This document shows, piece by piece, positions 50,773-62,919 of a stretch of DNA of 64,000 nt (position 1 is its first letter; every line of letters starts with the position of its first letter). Under the pieces are notes generated by a model, which worked only from the letters and a program-made list of their open reading frames with translations, made no database searches and was not told where the DNA came from. The DNA comes from Terriglobia bacterium (GTDB lineage: Bacteria > Acidobacteriota > Terriglobia > JAJPHL01 > JAPKYU01), in assembly GCA_965223005.1 (NCBI GenBank), contig CBDCVK010000009.1, positions 1 through 64,000 on the forward strand, in the 5' to 3' direction. A program made the position numbers and the translations under genes.

Positions 50773-51165
50773 TCAGTTGCTGACCACGCTGTTGTAGCTG
50801 GAGGCGCGGACGGCCGAGTAATGCTCTTGCCATTTCTCGTGCGCCGAGTGGTCGGCGTACCGCTTGAGCGCCTCCGGGTTTTCAAACTCGATCACGAAGA
50901 CGGCGTTGAAGTCGGCCGGCTGAACCTTGGTGGCTTTGATCCACACGTTCTTGATGCCGGGTATCGCCGCGGCCATTTCTTTGACCCCGTCCAGGGCCTT
51001 CTGCTTGTCGGCGTCGGTGGCATCCGGCTTCCACTGAATCGTGACTATGTGCACCAGGGTCTTGGGCGCTCCGAACGTGTTCTGACCGACAACCACCGCT
51101 GCCCAGAACAGAGCTAGGGTGACGGCCAAAACCACTAGCCTGCAATGTATCGCTCTTAAGGTCAT
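50773..51165 (-). CDS. Dabb (stress-responsive A/B barrel) protein with signal peptide
   Basis: HIVTIQWK, IPGIK, YADHSAH; SD GGAGG. Confidence 0.85.
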   Translation of the reverse strand: MTLRAIHCRLVVLAVTLALFWAAVVVGQNTFGAPKTLVHIVTIQWKPDATDADKQKALDGVKEMAAAIPGIKNVWIKATKVQPADFNAVFVIEFENPEALKRYADHSAHEKWQEHYSAVRASSYNSVVSN

Positions 51166-51203
51166 TCCGTTTCCTCCAGTCGAGACTGAGAACACAGCTC
51201 TCG

Positions 51204-51515
51204 TTACATTTCCACTTCGATGTCGGAGCCAACAACGCGCACCGGAAACGATTGGACCTGAGCGCGGGCGGGCGGCCCCTTGACTTCGCCCGTGGTGACG
51301 TCAAAGTGGGCGCCGTGCCAGGGGCAGGTTACCTCGTTGCCCTCCAGTAAACCCTCCGACAATGGCCCGCCTGCGTGCGTGCAGGTGTCTTCAATGGCGT
51401 AGTACTTGCCGCCAACCTGGAACAGGGCGACCGCGCGCCCAGCGACTTCTACCAGCTTGCCACTCGAGGGGTCTCCAAACTCCGCCGTGGTAGCCACTTT
51501 GACAAATTCAGCCAT
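51204..51515 (-). CDS. Rieske-type ferredoxin
   Basis: CTH...CPWHG; SD AAGGAG before MAEFVKV. Confidence 0.93.
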   Translation of the reverse strand: MAEFVKVATTAEFGDPSSGKLVEVAGRAVALFQVGGKYYAIEDTCTHAGGPLSEGLLEGNEVTCPWHGAHFDVTTGEVKGPPARAQVQSFPVRVVGSDIEVEM

Positions 51516-51570
51516 GGGTGTCTCCTTTTCGTCCGGTCGTCTGCTGATTCTGCTGATGAATGATGCGTGC

Positions 51571-52224
51571 TCATTGCTGCAGCCCGTAGCGTACACCGAA
51601 TCGCGCCTGCATGAAGGTATCGAGAACCTGGGTGTAGAAACGCTGGCTGTGCTCACGCACCGCCCGCTCGGCTTCCTGGGGCGCGGCGTAGTGGTGCAAC
51701 TCGTGAAGGAACACGTCGAGCAGGCCCAGCCGGTAGCGGAACACCTCCAGCTCTTCCCGGTCTGCCTGCTGTACGGAAGGTTCAATGGCCAGGTCGGAGA
51801 GCAATAGCGGCTGCCACTCGCGGATGGTTTGAAAGGCCAGGTCCAGCTCGCCTACCGGCACCCCGCTAAGGGTTCGCAGTTTGCGGGCAATGCGAGTTTC
51901 CGTTCCCGAACGGTGGTGATGCCCCAGGCACCCGCAGGGGTTTCGGCGCCGCAGGATGACCACCACGATCGGCGGCACTTTCTTCAGGACTGCCTCGTAC
52001 TGCCGGCGGATGGCAGTGGGAATCGTCAGCCAGGTTTCTTCCAGCGCGCCTCGCAACTCAGCGGCGGGAGCCCGCTCGCGCCGCGAGTGGGCAATCAAGA
52101 CCAGCGGCAGTTCCGGTGCCGGCCGCACCAGCGCCTGTTCGGAGCCCCGCAGGCTGAGATACAGCCGCCACAGGAGCCCCGAGCTGTGAACCCGCTGGGC
52201 GCTGGAACCGAGTGGCCGCCGCAT
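51571..52224 (-). CDS. Hypothetical protein with HExxH motif
   Basis: FLHELHH and CGCLGHHH; fills the gap between the Rieske gene and glnE. Confidence 0.65.
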   Translation of the reverse strand: MRRPLGSSAQRVHSSGLLWRLYLSLRGSEQALVRPAPELPLVLIAHSRRERAPAAELRGALEETWLTIPTAIRRQYEAVLKKVPPIVVVILRRRNPCGCLGHHHRSGTETRIARKLRTLSGVPVGELDLAFQTIREWQPLLLSDLAIEPSVQQADREELEVFRYRLGLLDVFLHELHHYAAPQEAERAVREHSQRFYTQVLDTFMQARFGVRYGLQQ

Positions 52225-52291
52225 TCGCTGATTGTACAGCCGCTGATTGTACTGCGCCAGAGCGCAGACGGACTATGCTATATAAGCGAAC

Positions 52292-55200
52292 GTGGAAGCG
52301 GCGTTGAGATCGGTCCAGTTCCTCCAGCCGGCGCGCGCAAGGGAAAACTTGGCGCGGCTCGAGCGGGAGCTGCCACCGGCGGCGCAGCAAGCGCTGCCGC
52401 GCCTTCTCCCCAGCGTGCCGGATCCCGATACGGCGCTCAGCAACCTGGAACGCTTCGCAGCTGCGGCGACGCCCGAGGTCCGCGAGTATCTGGGGCTGCA
52501 CCCGCCGGCATTGCACCATCTGCTGTCCCTGTTTGCTTATAGCCAGTTCCTTGCCAACACGCTGATTAGCCAGCCGGATCTGGCCCTCTGGCTGGAGCAG
52601 GAGCCGACCCTGTACCGTGTGAAAACGGCGGAGGAGATGTCCCATTCGCTGAGCGCATTCGCGGACGAACCGCAGCAATCCGGCGTCGAGCTTGCAACAC
52701 TGTTGGCCCGGTTCAAGCGGCGCGAGTACCTGCGCATCGTCTTGCGCGACGTTCTACATCTGGCGACGCTGCCGGAGATCACGCTGGAGCTGTCCGGGCT
52801 AGCCGACGCGATCCTCGAATACTCGCTGCAACACGCCCAGGCGGAATTGGAAGAACGCTACGGCAAGCCGCTGCTTGAGACCCCGATGCCTGAGACCAAG
52901 GATGCCGCCGGTAGTGAAAATGCCGAGTGCCCCATGACTATCCTCTCCATGGGCAAACTCGGCGGCAACGAGCTGAACTACAGCTCCGACATTGACTTGG
53001 TCTTTCTCTACCGTGGCAATGGCGAGACCAGCGGGGGAATTTCCAACAAGGAGTACTTCGTCAAGCTGGCGCACCGGGTGGTAGGCAGGCTGACGGAATT
53101 TGGCCCCGAGGGGATGGTGTTCCGGGTGGACCTGCGCCTGCGCCCCCAAGGCGGGGAAGGCGACCTGGCCATTTCGCTGGAGGGCGCGCGCCAGTACTAC
53201 GGCGAGCGTGCCCGGGACTGGGAACTGCAGGCGCTGGCCAAGGCCCGCCACTCGGCCGGCGACGCGGCTTTAGCGCGCGATTTCCTGGAGTACGTCCAAC
53301 CGCTCATCTACCGCACCTCGGTGAACTTCGCGGCCATTGACAGCGTGCTGTTTGCCCGGGAACGCATCAGCACTGCTCTCGAGCGGCGGTCCTTACGAAA
53401 CCCGGGCATTAACGTCAAGCTGGAACGGGGCGGCATCCGAGACATCGAGTTTCTTGCGCAGTGTCTGCAGCGGCTCTACGGCGGGCAGCAGAGCTGGCTG
53501 CGCTCCGGCGGGACCCTGTTTGCCCTGCAAAAGCTGGCTGAGAAGGGCTACCTGCGGCAGCGCGACTACGGCCCGTTGAGCCGCGCCTACCTGTTCCTGC
53601 GCCACATCGAGCACCTGCTGCAACTGGACCGCGGCCAGCAGACGCACCGCTTGCCTACCTCGCCCGACGCGCTGGCCGTGCTGGCGCGCCGCGCCCGCCT
53701 CGACCAGCACACGGGCGTCTCCGGCGGGAAAGCCACACGCCGGACCGCAGTCGTCCACGCCGAGGTCGGCGAGCCGCATCAAGAGGCGGCTGAGATTCTG
53801 CTGGCCGAAGTCGAGCGGCACATGAAGCAGGTGCGCGAGATTTACGACCGGCTAATCCTGGCTCACTCGCCCTCGAAAGTTGCTCACCGCCCGTTCCGGC
53901 TTGAGCCCGAGGCCCCATTCACCACCGGGGAGCACGGCTATCCCGAACTGCTGCGCTACATCGAGAGCAACTGCCCGCCACTCTATCAGGAGATTTCCCA
54001 GCTCCCGCTGCGGCGCGGGCGGAAAGCCCTGCAGCGGTTCATCACCAGCGCCTACGCTGGCGCGGAGGAGTTCGCCTTCCTCTGCCAGCACCCGCAGGTG
54101 GTGGAGCGGGCCGGGAACCTATTTGAACACAGCCCGTTTCTGAGCGAGCTGCTGGTGCGCCACCCGATGGAAATTTCCGAGTTGCTTGAGCTGCCGCCAG
54201 CGGGCGAAGCACTGGCCCTGGAGGAGCAGGGCCGGTTCCGGGTCGAAGCCGCCTACACGGTGCAGGATGACCCACTGCTGATGCACGTGGCCTGTTCCGA
54301 TGCCCCTTTCGCCGAGAAGATGGCCCTGATGCGCCGGCATCACCGCCGGAACCTAGTACGAGTGCACGCCCACAGCCTGCTAGGCCCCGTTCCGGTTTTC
54401 TCCACGCTGGAAGCCACCAGCGCGCTGGCCGAGCAGGCGTTGCGTGCCGCCTACCAGGCGGCGGTGAAGGAAACGGCGCGCACGATGGCCCACCCCGTCG
54501 GAGACCTGATCGTGCTGGCGCTGGGGCGCCTAGGCATCCGCGAATTCGACATCGCCTCCGACGCCGACCTGGCTTTTCTCTACCGCGGTGGCGATCCGGA
54601 GGCCAAACACTTCTGGACGCGGGTGGCGGAACGGATGATCGAGATTCTGTCGGCCTACACCGGGGAGGGAACGATTCTTGCGGTGGATACACGCCTGCGC
54701 CCACGCGGCCGCGAGGGCGAACTGGTAGAAGCCGAAGCGGGCTTTGCGGAATATTTCGCCTCGGCAGCGCAGCCCTGGGAAGCCGTCACCTACATGAAAT
54801 CGCGAGTGGTAGCCGGCGACGTTGCCGAGGGCACGGTGCTGCTGACGCGCATCCAGAACACGATCGGTGAGCGCTTTGGGCAAGGACCGGAGGCCGCCCA
54901 AAAGCTGGCCGAGATGCGCAAGAAGCTGGAAGCCATCGCCACCCCTCACAACCGGCTCAAGACTGCCCCGGGCGGCTACTACGATATTGATTTCATCCTG
55001 ACTTACCTGCGCCTGCAGGCGGCTCAGGTCTTTTTTCCCTCACTGAACACTCTGGACCGGCTGCGGGTGGTCGAGTGGATGAACCAGTTGCGCCCCGACC
55101 AGATCCAGACGTTGCGCGAGGGAGCAATGTTTCTGCGTGGGTTGGAGCACGCGTTACGCGTTTCCACAGGTCGCTCTGACAGCGAATTGCCGCTAGCCGA

Positions 55201-55333
55201 CCCTCAGGCTGAAGCCTTGGCGGGGCTGGCCGAGCGCTGGCTGCCCCAAGCCCTGCGCGGCCGCCCCCTGGCGGAGTCTCTAGAAACAGTCACGTCGCGG
55301 GTCCGCGGTGTCTTCCACGAAATCTTCGGGTAG
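52292..55333 (+). CDS. glnE: Glutamine synthetase adenylyltransferase/adenylyl-removing enzyme
   Basis: MGKLGGNELNYSSDID, RVDLRLRP, KLERGGIRDIEF; second domain LGRLG...SDAD, VDTRLRP. Confidence 0.94.
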   Translation: MEAALRSVQFLQPARARENLARLERELPPAAQQALPRLLPSVPDPDTALSNLERFAAAATPEVREYLGLHPPALHHLLSLFAYSQFLANTLISQPDLALWLEQEPTLYRVKTAEEMSHSLSAFADEPQQSGVELATLLARFKRREYLRIVLRDVLHLATLPEITLELSGLADAILEYSLQHAQAELEERYGKPLLETPMPETKDAAGSENAECPMTILSMGKLGGNELNYSSDIDLVFLYRGNGETSGGISNKEYFVKLAHRVVGRLTEFGPEGMVFRVDLRLRPQGGEGDLAISLEGARQYYGERARDWELQALAKARHSAGDAALARDFLEYVQPLIYRTSVNFAAIDSVLFARERISTALERRSLRNPGINVKLERGGIRDIEFLAQCLQRLYGGQQSWLRSGGTLFALQKLAEKGYLRQRDYGPLSRAYLFLRHIEHLLQLDRGQQTHRLPTSPDALAVLARRARLDQHTGVSGGKATRRTAVVHAEVGEPHQEAAEILLAEVERHMKQVREIYDRLILAHSPSKVAHRPFRLEPEAPFTTGEHGYPELLRYIESNCPPLYQEISQLPLRRGRKALQRFITSAYAGAEEFAFLCQHPQVVERAGNLFEHSPFLSELLVRHPMEISELLELPPAGEALALEEQGRFRVEAAYTVQDDPLLMHVACSDAPFAEKMALMRRHHRRNLVRVHAHSLLGPVPVFSTLEATSALAEQALRAAYQAAVKETARTMAHPVGDLIVLALGRLGIREFDIASDADLAFLYRGGDPEAKHFWTRVAERMIEILSAYTGEGTILAVDTRLRPRGREGELVEAEAGFAEYFASAAQPWEAVTYMKSRVVAGDVAEGTVLLTRIQNTIGERFGQGPEAAQKLAEMRKKLEAIATPHNRLKTAPGGYYDIDFILTYLRLQAAQVFFPSLNTLDRLRVVEWMNQLRPDQIQTLREGAMFLRGLEHALRVSTGRSDSELPLADPQAEALAGLAERWLPQALRGRPLAESLETVTSRVRGVFHEIFG

Positions 55334-55385
55334 GTCCAGAGTCAACAATACGAAGTGCAAAGCCTGAAGTCGAAAGCCGTACTCA

Positions 55386-56822
55386 CTAGAGCTTCTGGTA
55401 GGTGTTCCAGACGCCGTAGAAGGCGGCGGCGAAGAAGCCCAGCAGGGAAAGCCACAGGAAGACATCCCACAACAAGCCTGGGGTGAGGCGACGGTCGCTT
55501 CTGCGGTAGCGCATGTAGACGGCAGCGGCGGCGATCATGGGCAGCGTCAGCGCCTGGCCGAACCCGCCAATGATGACCAGCTGCACCGGGTTGGAAACCC
55601 ACACAAACAGGATGAGATGCACAAACGGAAACACGAAGCAGAAACGGCGAATCCACCACCACCGGTCGCCCGGGTGGGTAAGCCGGATGAAGCCATTCAC
55701 CTTCAGAAAATCGGTCAGGGTGCGACCGATGGTGGCGTTGGAGACAAAGAAAGTAGAGAACAGCACGGAAAAGGCGCCGATCACAATGAACCAGAGAGCC
55801 GCCCGCTCGCCCAGCACCGGCACGTACATTTGCGAAAGAGCTTGCAACAGGCCGCTGACAGTACCGGGCAACCCTTCCGGCCCGGTGTATTGGTGTAAGA
55901 CCGCGGCCCCCAGCAGATAGAAGGCCAGTGTGGCCACCGTGAACACGACCATGCTCAGAAAGGCGTCCAAGCGCATCACGCGGAGCCACCCACGGGCGCG
56001 TCGGATCCATGCCTCATCCGTGGCCTCATCCGTGCTGCGCGGGCCGACGTGGCGCGCATAGCCTTTCTCGATGCAGTAGTAGGGGTAGCAGATCAGTTCG
56101 GTGGCTCCCACACCGGTGATGCCAAACATCGCAAACGCCGCCCCAATTGCATGGGGGGGGATCTGGAAAGAAAGCCCGGAGGAGATCTCGCGCCAGCCAA
56201 AGGAGTGGCCGGTCCAGGGCAGCAGCGCCACGCATCCTACGGTCATCATCGTGAAGACCGCCACCAGCAGGACGGAGCTGCGCTCCACCACCGAGTAGGT
56301 GCCCACCGCCAAAAGCGTTGCCGTCAGCAGCGTAACCAGCACCGCCCAAGGCAACTCGGGCCGGGCAGCGAGGCCCACTCCTTCAGCGATCGCAGAGGAA
56401 AGGCCAGGCACAGCCATGTGGACCGCCTGACCAACGCCGCCTACCATGGCTGCCAACTGCGCCTGGACCGCCAGCATCATCACCAGCCACCACCAGGGCA
56501 GCAGGAAGCCTGGCCCGGGCAGTTGCCGAAACCCGTCGAACGTCGTCAGGCCCGAGGAGATGGTGTAGCGTGCCAGCTCGATCTGCGCGAAAGTCTTGAT
56601 GAAGCAGCTCACAATCACCAGCCACAGCAGGGCGAAGCCAGCCTGCGCGCCCACGTGTGTGGTGGCGATCAGTTCCCCGGTGCCCACGATAGTAGCGGCA
56701 AGGATCAGACCGGGACCGATGTGGCGCAGCGATTGCCGCAGCGAAGTCGGCGGTTCCCGGACCGCGTCTTCCGATAAGGTGTAGGGGTCTATAGGAACTG
56801 CGCCTTGGGCCTGCTGCTCCAT
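55386..56822 (-). CDS. Nramp-related (YcsG-like) transporter
   Basis: GPGLILAATIVGTGELI, FGITGVGATE, multiple TM helices. Confidence 0.82.
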   Translation of the reverse strand: MEQQAQGAVPIDPYTLSEDAVREPPTSLRQSLRHIGPGLILAATIVGTGELIATTHVGAQAGFALLWLVIVSCFIKTFAQIELARYTISSGLTTFDGFRQLPGPGFLLPWWWLVMMLAVQAQLAAMVGGVGQAVHMAVPGLSSAIAEGVGLAARPELPWAVLVTLLTATLLAVGTYSVVERSSVLLVAVFTMMTVGCVALLPWTGHSFGWREISSGLSFQIPPHAIGAAFAMFGITGVGATELICYPYYCIEKGYARHVGPRSTDEATDEAWIRRARGWLRVMRLDAFLSMVVFTVATLAFYLLGAAVLHQYTGPEGLPGTVSGLLQALSQMYVPVLGERAALWFIVIGAFSVLFSTFFVSNATIGRTLTDFLKVNGFIRLTHPGDRWWWIRRFCFVFPFVHLILFVWVSNPVQLVIIGGFGQALTLPMIAAAAVYMRYRRSDRRLTPGLLWDVFLWLSLLGFFAAAFYGVWNTYQKL

Positions 56823-56998
56823 GCCGGTTCAAAGTATCGAAATGCCGACAGGCCTGTAAACACTTTCCGCGCGGCTCACAACAGCCGGGAACGAGTCTTG
56901 CCGGCGGGCAGGCTGCCAGTTGAAAAGCGTGTGCCGAGGGTGCTAACTTTCGTTCGCGGGGGAAGTGGGCAGTCTGGGAGGAAGGAGCGCATAGCTTT

Positions 56999-58267
<1,269 letters not shown>

Positions 58268-58312
58268 GCGTTTTGGCCAATCTGAAATCCGCAATTCTTC
58301 TTGGGAGATTCC

Positions 58313-59242
58313 ATGCGTAAAAAAATCACCGTGGTAGGAGCGGGCAACGTAGGCGCTACCAGCGCCCAGCGGCTCGCCGACAAAGCCCTGGGCGACGTGG
58401 TGCTCACCGACATCATTGAGGGCGTGCCGCAGGGCAAGGCCCTGGATCTGCTCCAGGCCGGCCCCGTCGAGGGCTACGATGTGCTGCTCACAGGCGCCAA
58501 CAACTACGAACCCACCGCCCACTCCGACATCGTCGTCGTCACCGCCGGTTTCCCCCGCAAACCTGGCATGAGCCGCGATGACCTGGTGCTGAAGAACTCC
58601 GAGGTGGTGAAGCAGGCGGTGGAGCAGGTGGTGAAGTACTCTCCTGAGTGCATCCTGATCGTGGTCACCAACCCGCTGGACGCCATGTGCCATGTCGCCT
58701 ACGACACTGCCGGGTTCTCCAAGAACCGGGTGATTGGCATGGCCGGCATCCTGGATTCTTCTCGCTTCCGCACCTTCATCGCCCAAGAACTGAACGTCTC
58801 AGTGGAGAACACTCACGCCTTCGTGCTTGGGGGCCACGGCGACACCATGGTGCCATTGGCGCGCTTCTCCACCGTGGCCGGCATCCCCATCACCGAACTG
58901 CTGGACCAAGCCACCATAGACCGGCTCATCCAGCGCACGCGCGACGGCGGCGCCGAGATCGTCAAGCTGCTGAAGGCGGGCAGCGCCTACTACGCTCCCT
59001 CGGCGGCTATAGTCGAGATGGTGGATGCCATCCTGAACGACCGAAAAAAAATCCTGCCTTGCGCCGCGTACCTGGAGGGCGAGTACGGCATCCGCAATCT
59101 GTTTGTTGGCGTGCCCTGCAAACTGGGCGCCCGCGGTCTGGAGCAAGTCCTGGAGATCAAGCTGACCCCGGAGGAAGACGCCGCTCTGAAGAAGAGCGCG
59201 GCGGCCGTGCAGGCGCTGGTAGACGTCATCCGCCGCAAGTAG
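58313..59242 (+). CDS. mdh: Malate dehydrogenase (LDH-like)
   Basis: [26 protein letters not shown]. Confidence 0.97.
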   Translation: MRKKITVVGAGNVGATSAQRLADKALGDVVLTDIIEGVPQGKALDLLQAGPVEGYDVLLTGANNYEPTAHSDIVVVTAGFPRKPGMSRDDLVLKNSEVVKQAVEQVVKYSPECILIVVTNPLDAMCHVAYDTAGFSKNRVIGMAGILDSSRFRTFIAQELNVSVENTHAFVLGGHGDTMVPLARFSTVAGIPITELLDQATIDRLIQRTRDGGAEIVKLLKAGSAYYAPSAAIVEMVDAILNDRKKILPCAAYLEGEYGIRNLFVGVPCKLGARGLEQVLEIKLTPEEDAALKKSAAAVQALVDVIRRK

Positions 59243-59339
59243 GAACGCGAGCGCCCCGCACTTCGGCCTTGAGCCGCTGGTTCCCAATGCAGGTGCGTGC
59301 CAGATTGGCCCTCCGCTTACATCACTAGAGCAATATCGG

Positions 59340-60257
59340 CTAGGGAGATTGCAGGGCTCGCTTGGCGTGGTAGGAGCTGCGCACAAATGGCCCGGACTCG
59401 ACGTGCTGGAAGCCAATGGCGGTGGCAACCTGCTTCAGCTCGGCAAATTCTTCAGGAGTGTAGTAGCGAACAATGGGCAAGTGCTTGGTCGAGGGGCGCA
59501 GGTACTGACCGATGGTAATGATGTCCACCCGGTGTTCATGCAGGTCACGTAGAGTCTGAACGATTTCCTCACGCTGTTCGCCCAATCCCAGCATTATTCC
59601 GGACTTGGTTGGTGTCTGGCCGGATTTAGTTGGGCCGGATTTAGTTGGCGTCTGCGGGGTCATCTCCTTGGCAGAGCGGAGTAGCCCCAGGGAGCGGTGG
59701 TAGCGGGAGCCCGGGCGCACCGGGCGGTAAAGGCGTTCGATGGTCTCGATGTTGTGGTTGAACACGTCGGGGTGAGCGTCGAGCACGATGCGCAAGGCCT
59801 CGAGCGACCCCTGAAAGTCGGGCACCAGCACCTCCACCTTGCAGCCGGGGGTCCGGCGTCGGATTTCAGCGATGGTCAGGGCGAACAGGGCGGCGCCGCC
59901 GTCCTTGCGATCGTCCCGATCCACGGAAGTGACCACGGCGTGCTCGAGCCCCAGCCGGGCCACCGCTTCAGCCACCCGTCGCGGCTCGTCCCAATCCACT
60001 TGCATCGGCGCGCCCTTGGGCACTGCACAAAAGCCGCAGCGGCGCGTGCAGACGTTGCCCAGGATCATGAAGGTGGCCGTGCGCTGCTCCCAGCACTCGC
60101 CGATATTGGGGCAATGGGCGCTTTCGCAGACCGTGTGCAGGCGCTCGCCTTCTATCAGCGCCTTCAGTTCGCGGTAGTTGGGGCCGCCAGGCGCGCGTAC
60201 CTTCAGCCATTTCGGTCGCTCGCCTGCTGCCGGGCGGTTTTCCAGCGTTACCAGCAT
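59340..60257 (-). CDS. lipA: Lipoyl synthase
   Basis: [31 protein letters not shown]; triplicated TKSG. Confidence 0.96.
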   Translation of the reverse strand: MLVTLENRPAAGERPKWLKVRAPGGPNYRELKALIEGERLHTVCESAHCPNIGECWEQRTATFMILGNVCTRRCGFCAVPKGAPMQVDWDEPRRVAEAVARLGLEHAVVTSVDRDDRKDGGAALFALTIAEIRRRTPGCKVEVLVPDFQGSLEALRIVLDAHPDVFNHNIETIERLYRPVRPGSRYHRSLGLLRSAKEMTPQTPTKSGPTKSGQTPTKSGIMLGLGEQREEIVQTLRDLHEHRVDIITIGQYLRPSTKHLPIVRYYTPEEFAELKQVATAIGFQHVESGPFVRSSYHAKRALQSP

Positions 60258-60429
60258 GGCTCCCCTTATTATGCCAGCGATCGGAGTGCGACTCGGCAAC
60301 AAATGAAATGCCCGGCAATAAACAAGCGAAAGCCCGATGGGGCAGATAACCACAGTAAGAGGGGCTTGGCTCAGCCACCCGGACCAACCATAATAGCGCC
60401 CGCCCAACTCGTGGGCCGAGAGGACTCGC

Positions 60430-61332
60430 ATGACACAAGTAGATCGCATCTCCCTGACTCTCCTTTTTGTTTTGGCCATTTCTCTGCTGATTCCTTTATG
60501 GGCTGATCCTTTATGGTCTGATCCGGCGCCGCCAGCGACCTCGAAAGCCCCCTTTCACAACTCGGTGAAGAAGGCGCTCCAAGAAGGCAAGGTAGTCATT
60601 GGAGCTGCCGTCAATATGGGCAGCGCCGATGCGGCCGCCACGCTGGCCGATGCCGGCTTCGACTTTGTCTGGATCGAGATGGAGCACGGCCCGATCACGT
60701 TGGAGTCGGCCCGGGAGATGATCCTGGCCACGCGCGGTCTGAAGGCGGTGCCCTTCATCCGGGTGCCCGAGAAGCGGCACTGGCTTGCAAAGCGCGTGCT
60801 CGATATCGGCAGTCTGGGTGTGGCCTTCCCCTTCGTTTCCACGCGCCAGCAGGCCCAGCAGGCAGTGGCCGCCTGCAAGTATCCGCCGGAGGGCATCCGC
60901 GGATTCGGCCCGACCCTGGCGGCGGCGCGCTGGGGCCTGTCCAGCAGCGACTATGCTGGTTGGGCCAACGACAACGTGATGGTGATCACCCTGATTGAAA
61001 GCAAGGAAGGGGTGGAAAATATCGAGGAGATCGCGTCGGTGCCCGGCATTGATCTAATGTTTATCGGTACCTCCGACCTCTCCTATTCGCTGGACGTCGG
61101 GGGGCAGGTGGCGCATCCGCGGGTGGAGCAGGCTGTCGCCCGGGTGCTGGCGGCTGGCAAGAAGTACAAAGTGGCGGTCGGCTACCCTACCGGCGACCCC
61201 GCGCAGATGAAGAAACGGGTCAAGCAGGGCTTTCGCGTCTTTCTGGTCGGCAGCGACGTGACGTTGTTGCGGGCCGGGGCCCGTCATTTGCTTACTGGCG
61301 CCAGCGAGGCGATTCCCGGGGGCATTTACTAG
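60430..61332 (+). CDS. HpcH/HpaI aldolase family protein with signal-like N-terminus
   Basis: [32 protein letters not shown]. Confidence 0.9.
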   Translation: MTQVDRISLTLLFVLAISLLIPLWADPLWSDPAPPATSKAPFHNSVKKALQEGKVVIGAAVNMGSADAAATLADAGFDFVWIEMEHGPITLESAREMILATRGLKAVPFIRVPEKRHWLAKRVLDIGSLGVAFPFVSTRQQAQQAVAACKYPPEGIRGFGPTLAAARWGLSSSDYAGWANDNVMVITLIESKEGVENIEEIASVPGIDLMFIGTSDLSYSLDVGGQVAHPRVEQAVARVLAAGKKYKVAVGYPTGDPAQMKKRVKQGFRVFLVGSDVTLLRAGARHLLTGASEAIPGGIY

Positions 61333-61490
61333 ACGCCGGAGTCTCAACTCCTGGCAGCAGGCGGGGCGTGCCGACTGCCGCTCGACCTTCCCGCCAGAAT
61401 ACGGGCGCGTGCACTTCGCCCTGGAGAGAGAGTTTGGGTCGAGTTTGTGTGGCCAATTCCGGCCACCGGGAATATGATGGACGCCGGAGT

Positions 61491-61898
61491 ATGGCGAGGA
61501 AGTACCGACAAAAAGGCTACATGGACGTTGATCGGGAGGCGTCTGGCGAGAAGCGCCCACCGAAACAGGACCTGGGCGGTCCTCGCATGCTGCGCATGCC
61601 CGCCGCGCGGACGGTGATGCGTTGCGCCGGGTGCGGCACGCTGCTTCCTCCGGCGGTGGATACCGGCGGCCAGTGCCCGCGCTGTGGTTTTGAACTGCAT
61701 AGCTGCAAGCAATGCGTCAACTTCGACACGGGCAGCCGCTTCGAGTGCAGTAAGCCGATCGCGGAGCGCATCACCCCCAAAGACGCCCGCAACGAGTGCT
61801 CGTTCTATGAGCCGCGGACGACCGTGGAGCGCGACACCTCCTCCGGCGGCCGGCCTGCCAACGCGCGCAGCGCCTTCGATAATCTGTTCAAAAAGTAG
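61491..61898 (+). CDS. Small Cys-rich hypothetical protein
   Basis: CxxC x3 plus two further Cys; ends AFDNLFKK. Confidence 0.75.
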   Translation: MARKYRQKGYMDVDREASGEKRPPKQDLGGPRMLRMPAARTVMRCAGCGTLLPPAVDTGGQCPRCGFELHSCKQCVNFDTGSRFECSKPIAERITPKDARNECSFYEPRTTVERDTSSGGRPANARSAFDNLFKK

Positions 61899-61945
61899 CG
61901 GCGGCTTTTGACCGGGGGACTTTAGCTTTAGTAGCACAGCGGCTC

Positions 61946-62686
61946 GTGCGGACCACCAGCAGCGAAATCCCACTGCTTCATCTCCAGAAGCGAATCATTG
62001 TCTGCCAGCGCTGCCCGCGCTTGGTGAGGCACCGCCGAAAGGTGGCGCGCGAGAAGCGTCGGGCGTTTCAGGACTGGGACTACTGGGGCCGGCCGCTGCC
62101 CTCCTTCGGCGATCCCGACGCACGGCTGCTGATCCTGGGCCTGGCCCCGGCAGCCCACGGGGGCAACCGCACCGGGCGGATGTTCACCGGCGACCGCTCC
62201 GGCGACTTCCTCTATGGCGCGCTGTATCGCGCCGGGTTCGCCAGCCAGCCCACTGCGGTGCACCGCGGCGACGGCCTCCAGTTGCGCGATGCCTACATCA
62301 CCGCTGCGGTTCGCTGCGCTCCACCCGGCAACAAGCCCACGCTCGAGGAGCAGGCCCGCTGCCGCCCCTTCCTGGCGCGGGAGCTGGAATTGTTGCCCAA
62401 CATCCGGGCTGTGCTGGCCCTGGGCGAAATCGGCTTTGATGGCTACCTCCGCCTGCTCCGGGACACCGGGCGCGTCGCCTCGCTGGCCCCCTATCGCTTC
62501 GCCCACGGCGCCCGCTACGTGCTGCCGCCGCCCTTGCCGGTCCTGTTCGTCTGTTATCATCCCAGCCAGCAGAACACGTTTACCGGCAGGCTGACGCCCC
62601 GGATGCTGGACACGCTGCTCGGCCGCGTCCGCCGCTTCTTAGTAAACAAACGACGGCAAGAAAACGAGGGTTCAAAGAGCAAGTAA
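61946..62686 (+). CDS. Uracil-DNA glycosylase family 5 (UdgB-like)
   Basis: CQRCPRL, GLAPAAHGGNRTGRMFTGD, HPSQQN. Confidence 0.93.
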   Translation: MRTTSSEIPLLHLQKRIIVCQRCPRLVRHRRKVAREKRRAFQDWDYWGRPLPSFGDPDARLLILGLAPAAHGGNRTGRMFTGDRSGDFLYGALYRAGFASQPTAVHRGDGLQLRDAYITAAVRCAPPGNKPTLEEQARCRPFLARELELLPNIRAVLALGEIGFDGYLRLLRDTGRVASLAPYRFAHGARYVLPPPLPVLFVCYHPSQQNTFTGRLTPRMLDTLLGRVRRFLVNKRRQENEGSKSK

Positions 62687-62919
62687 ATGGGAATTTGCAG
62701 CGTTTCTATCAGCACACGATCTGAGACGGAAACGCAACATGTCCTTTTCTGGTAGAAACTTACGGTTCTGGTAGAAACTTACGGGCAAAGCCTTTTTTGA
62801 CGGGGTGACACCAGTGCTTTTCCACGAGGCTTTCAGGGCAATTGGCATATGGTAGAATGGCCGACCGCTTGTCAGAGCACGCCATTTCACCCCTTTCACG
62901 GGGGGGGAGGGTACGCCCA

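Noticed and set aside
51516-51785. N-terminal extension of the Rieske ORF (also those of lipA, glnD, LOG)
   Set aside because: The extensions overlap neighbouring genes or lack family similarity; internal ATGs fit better.
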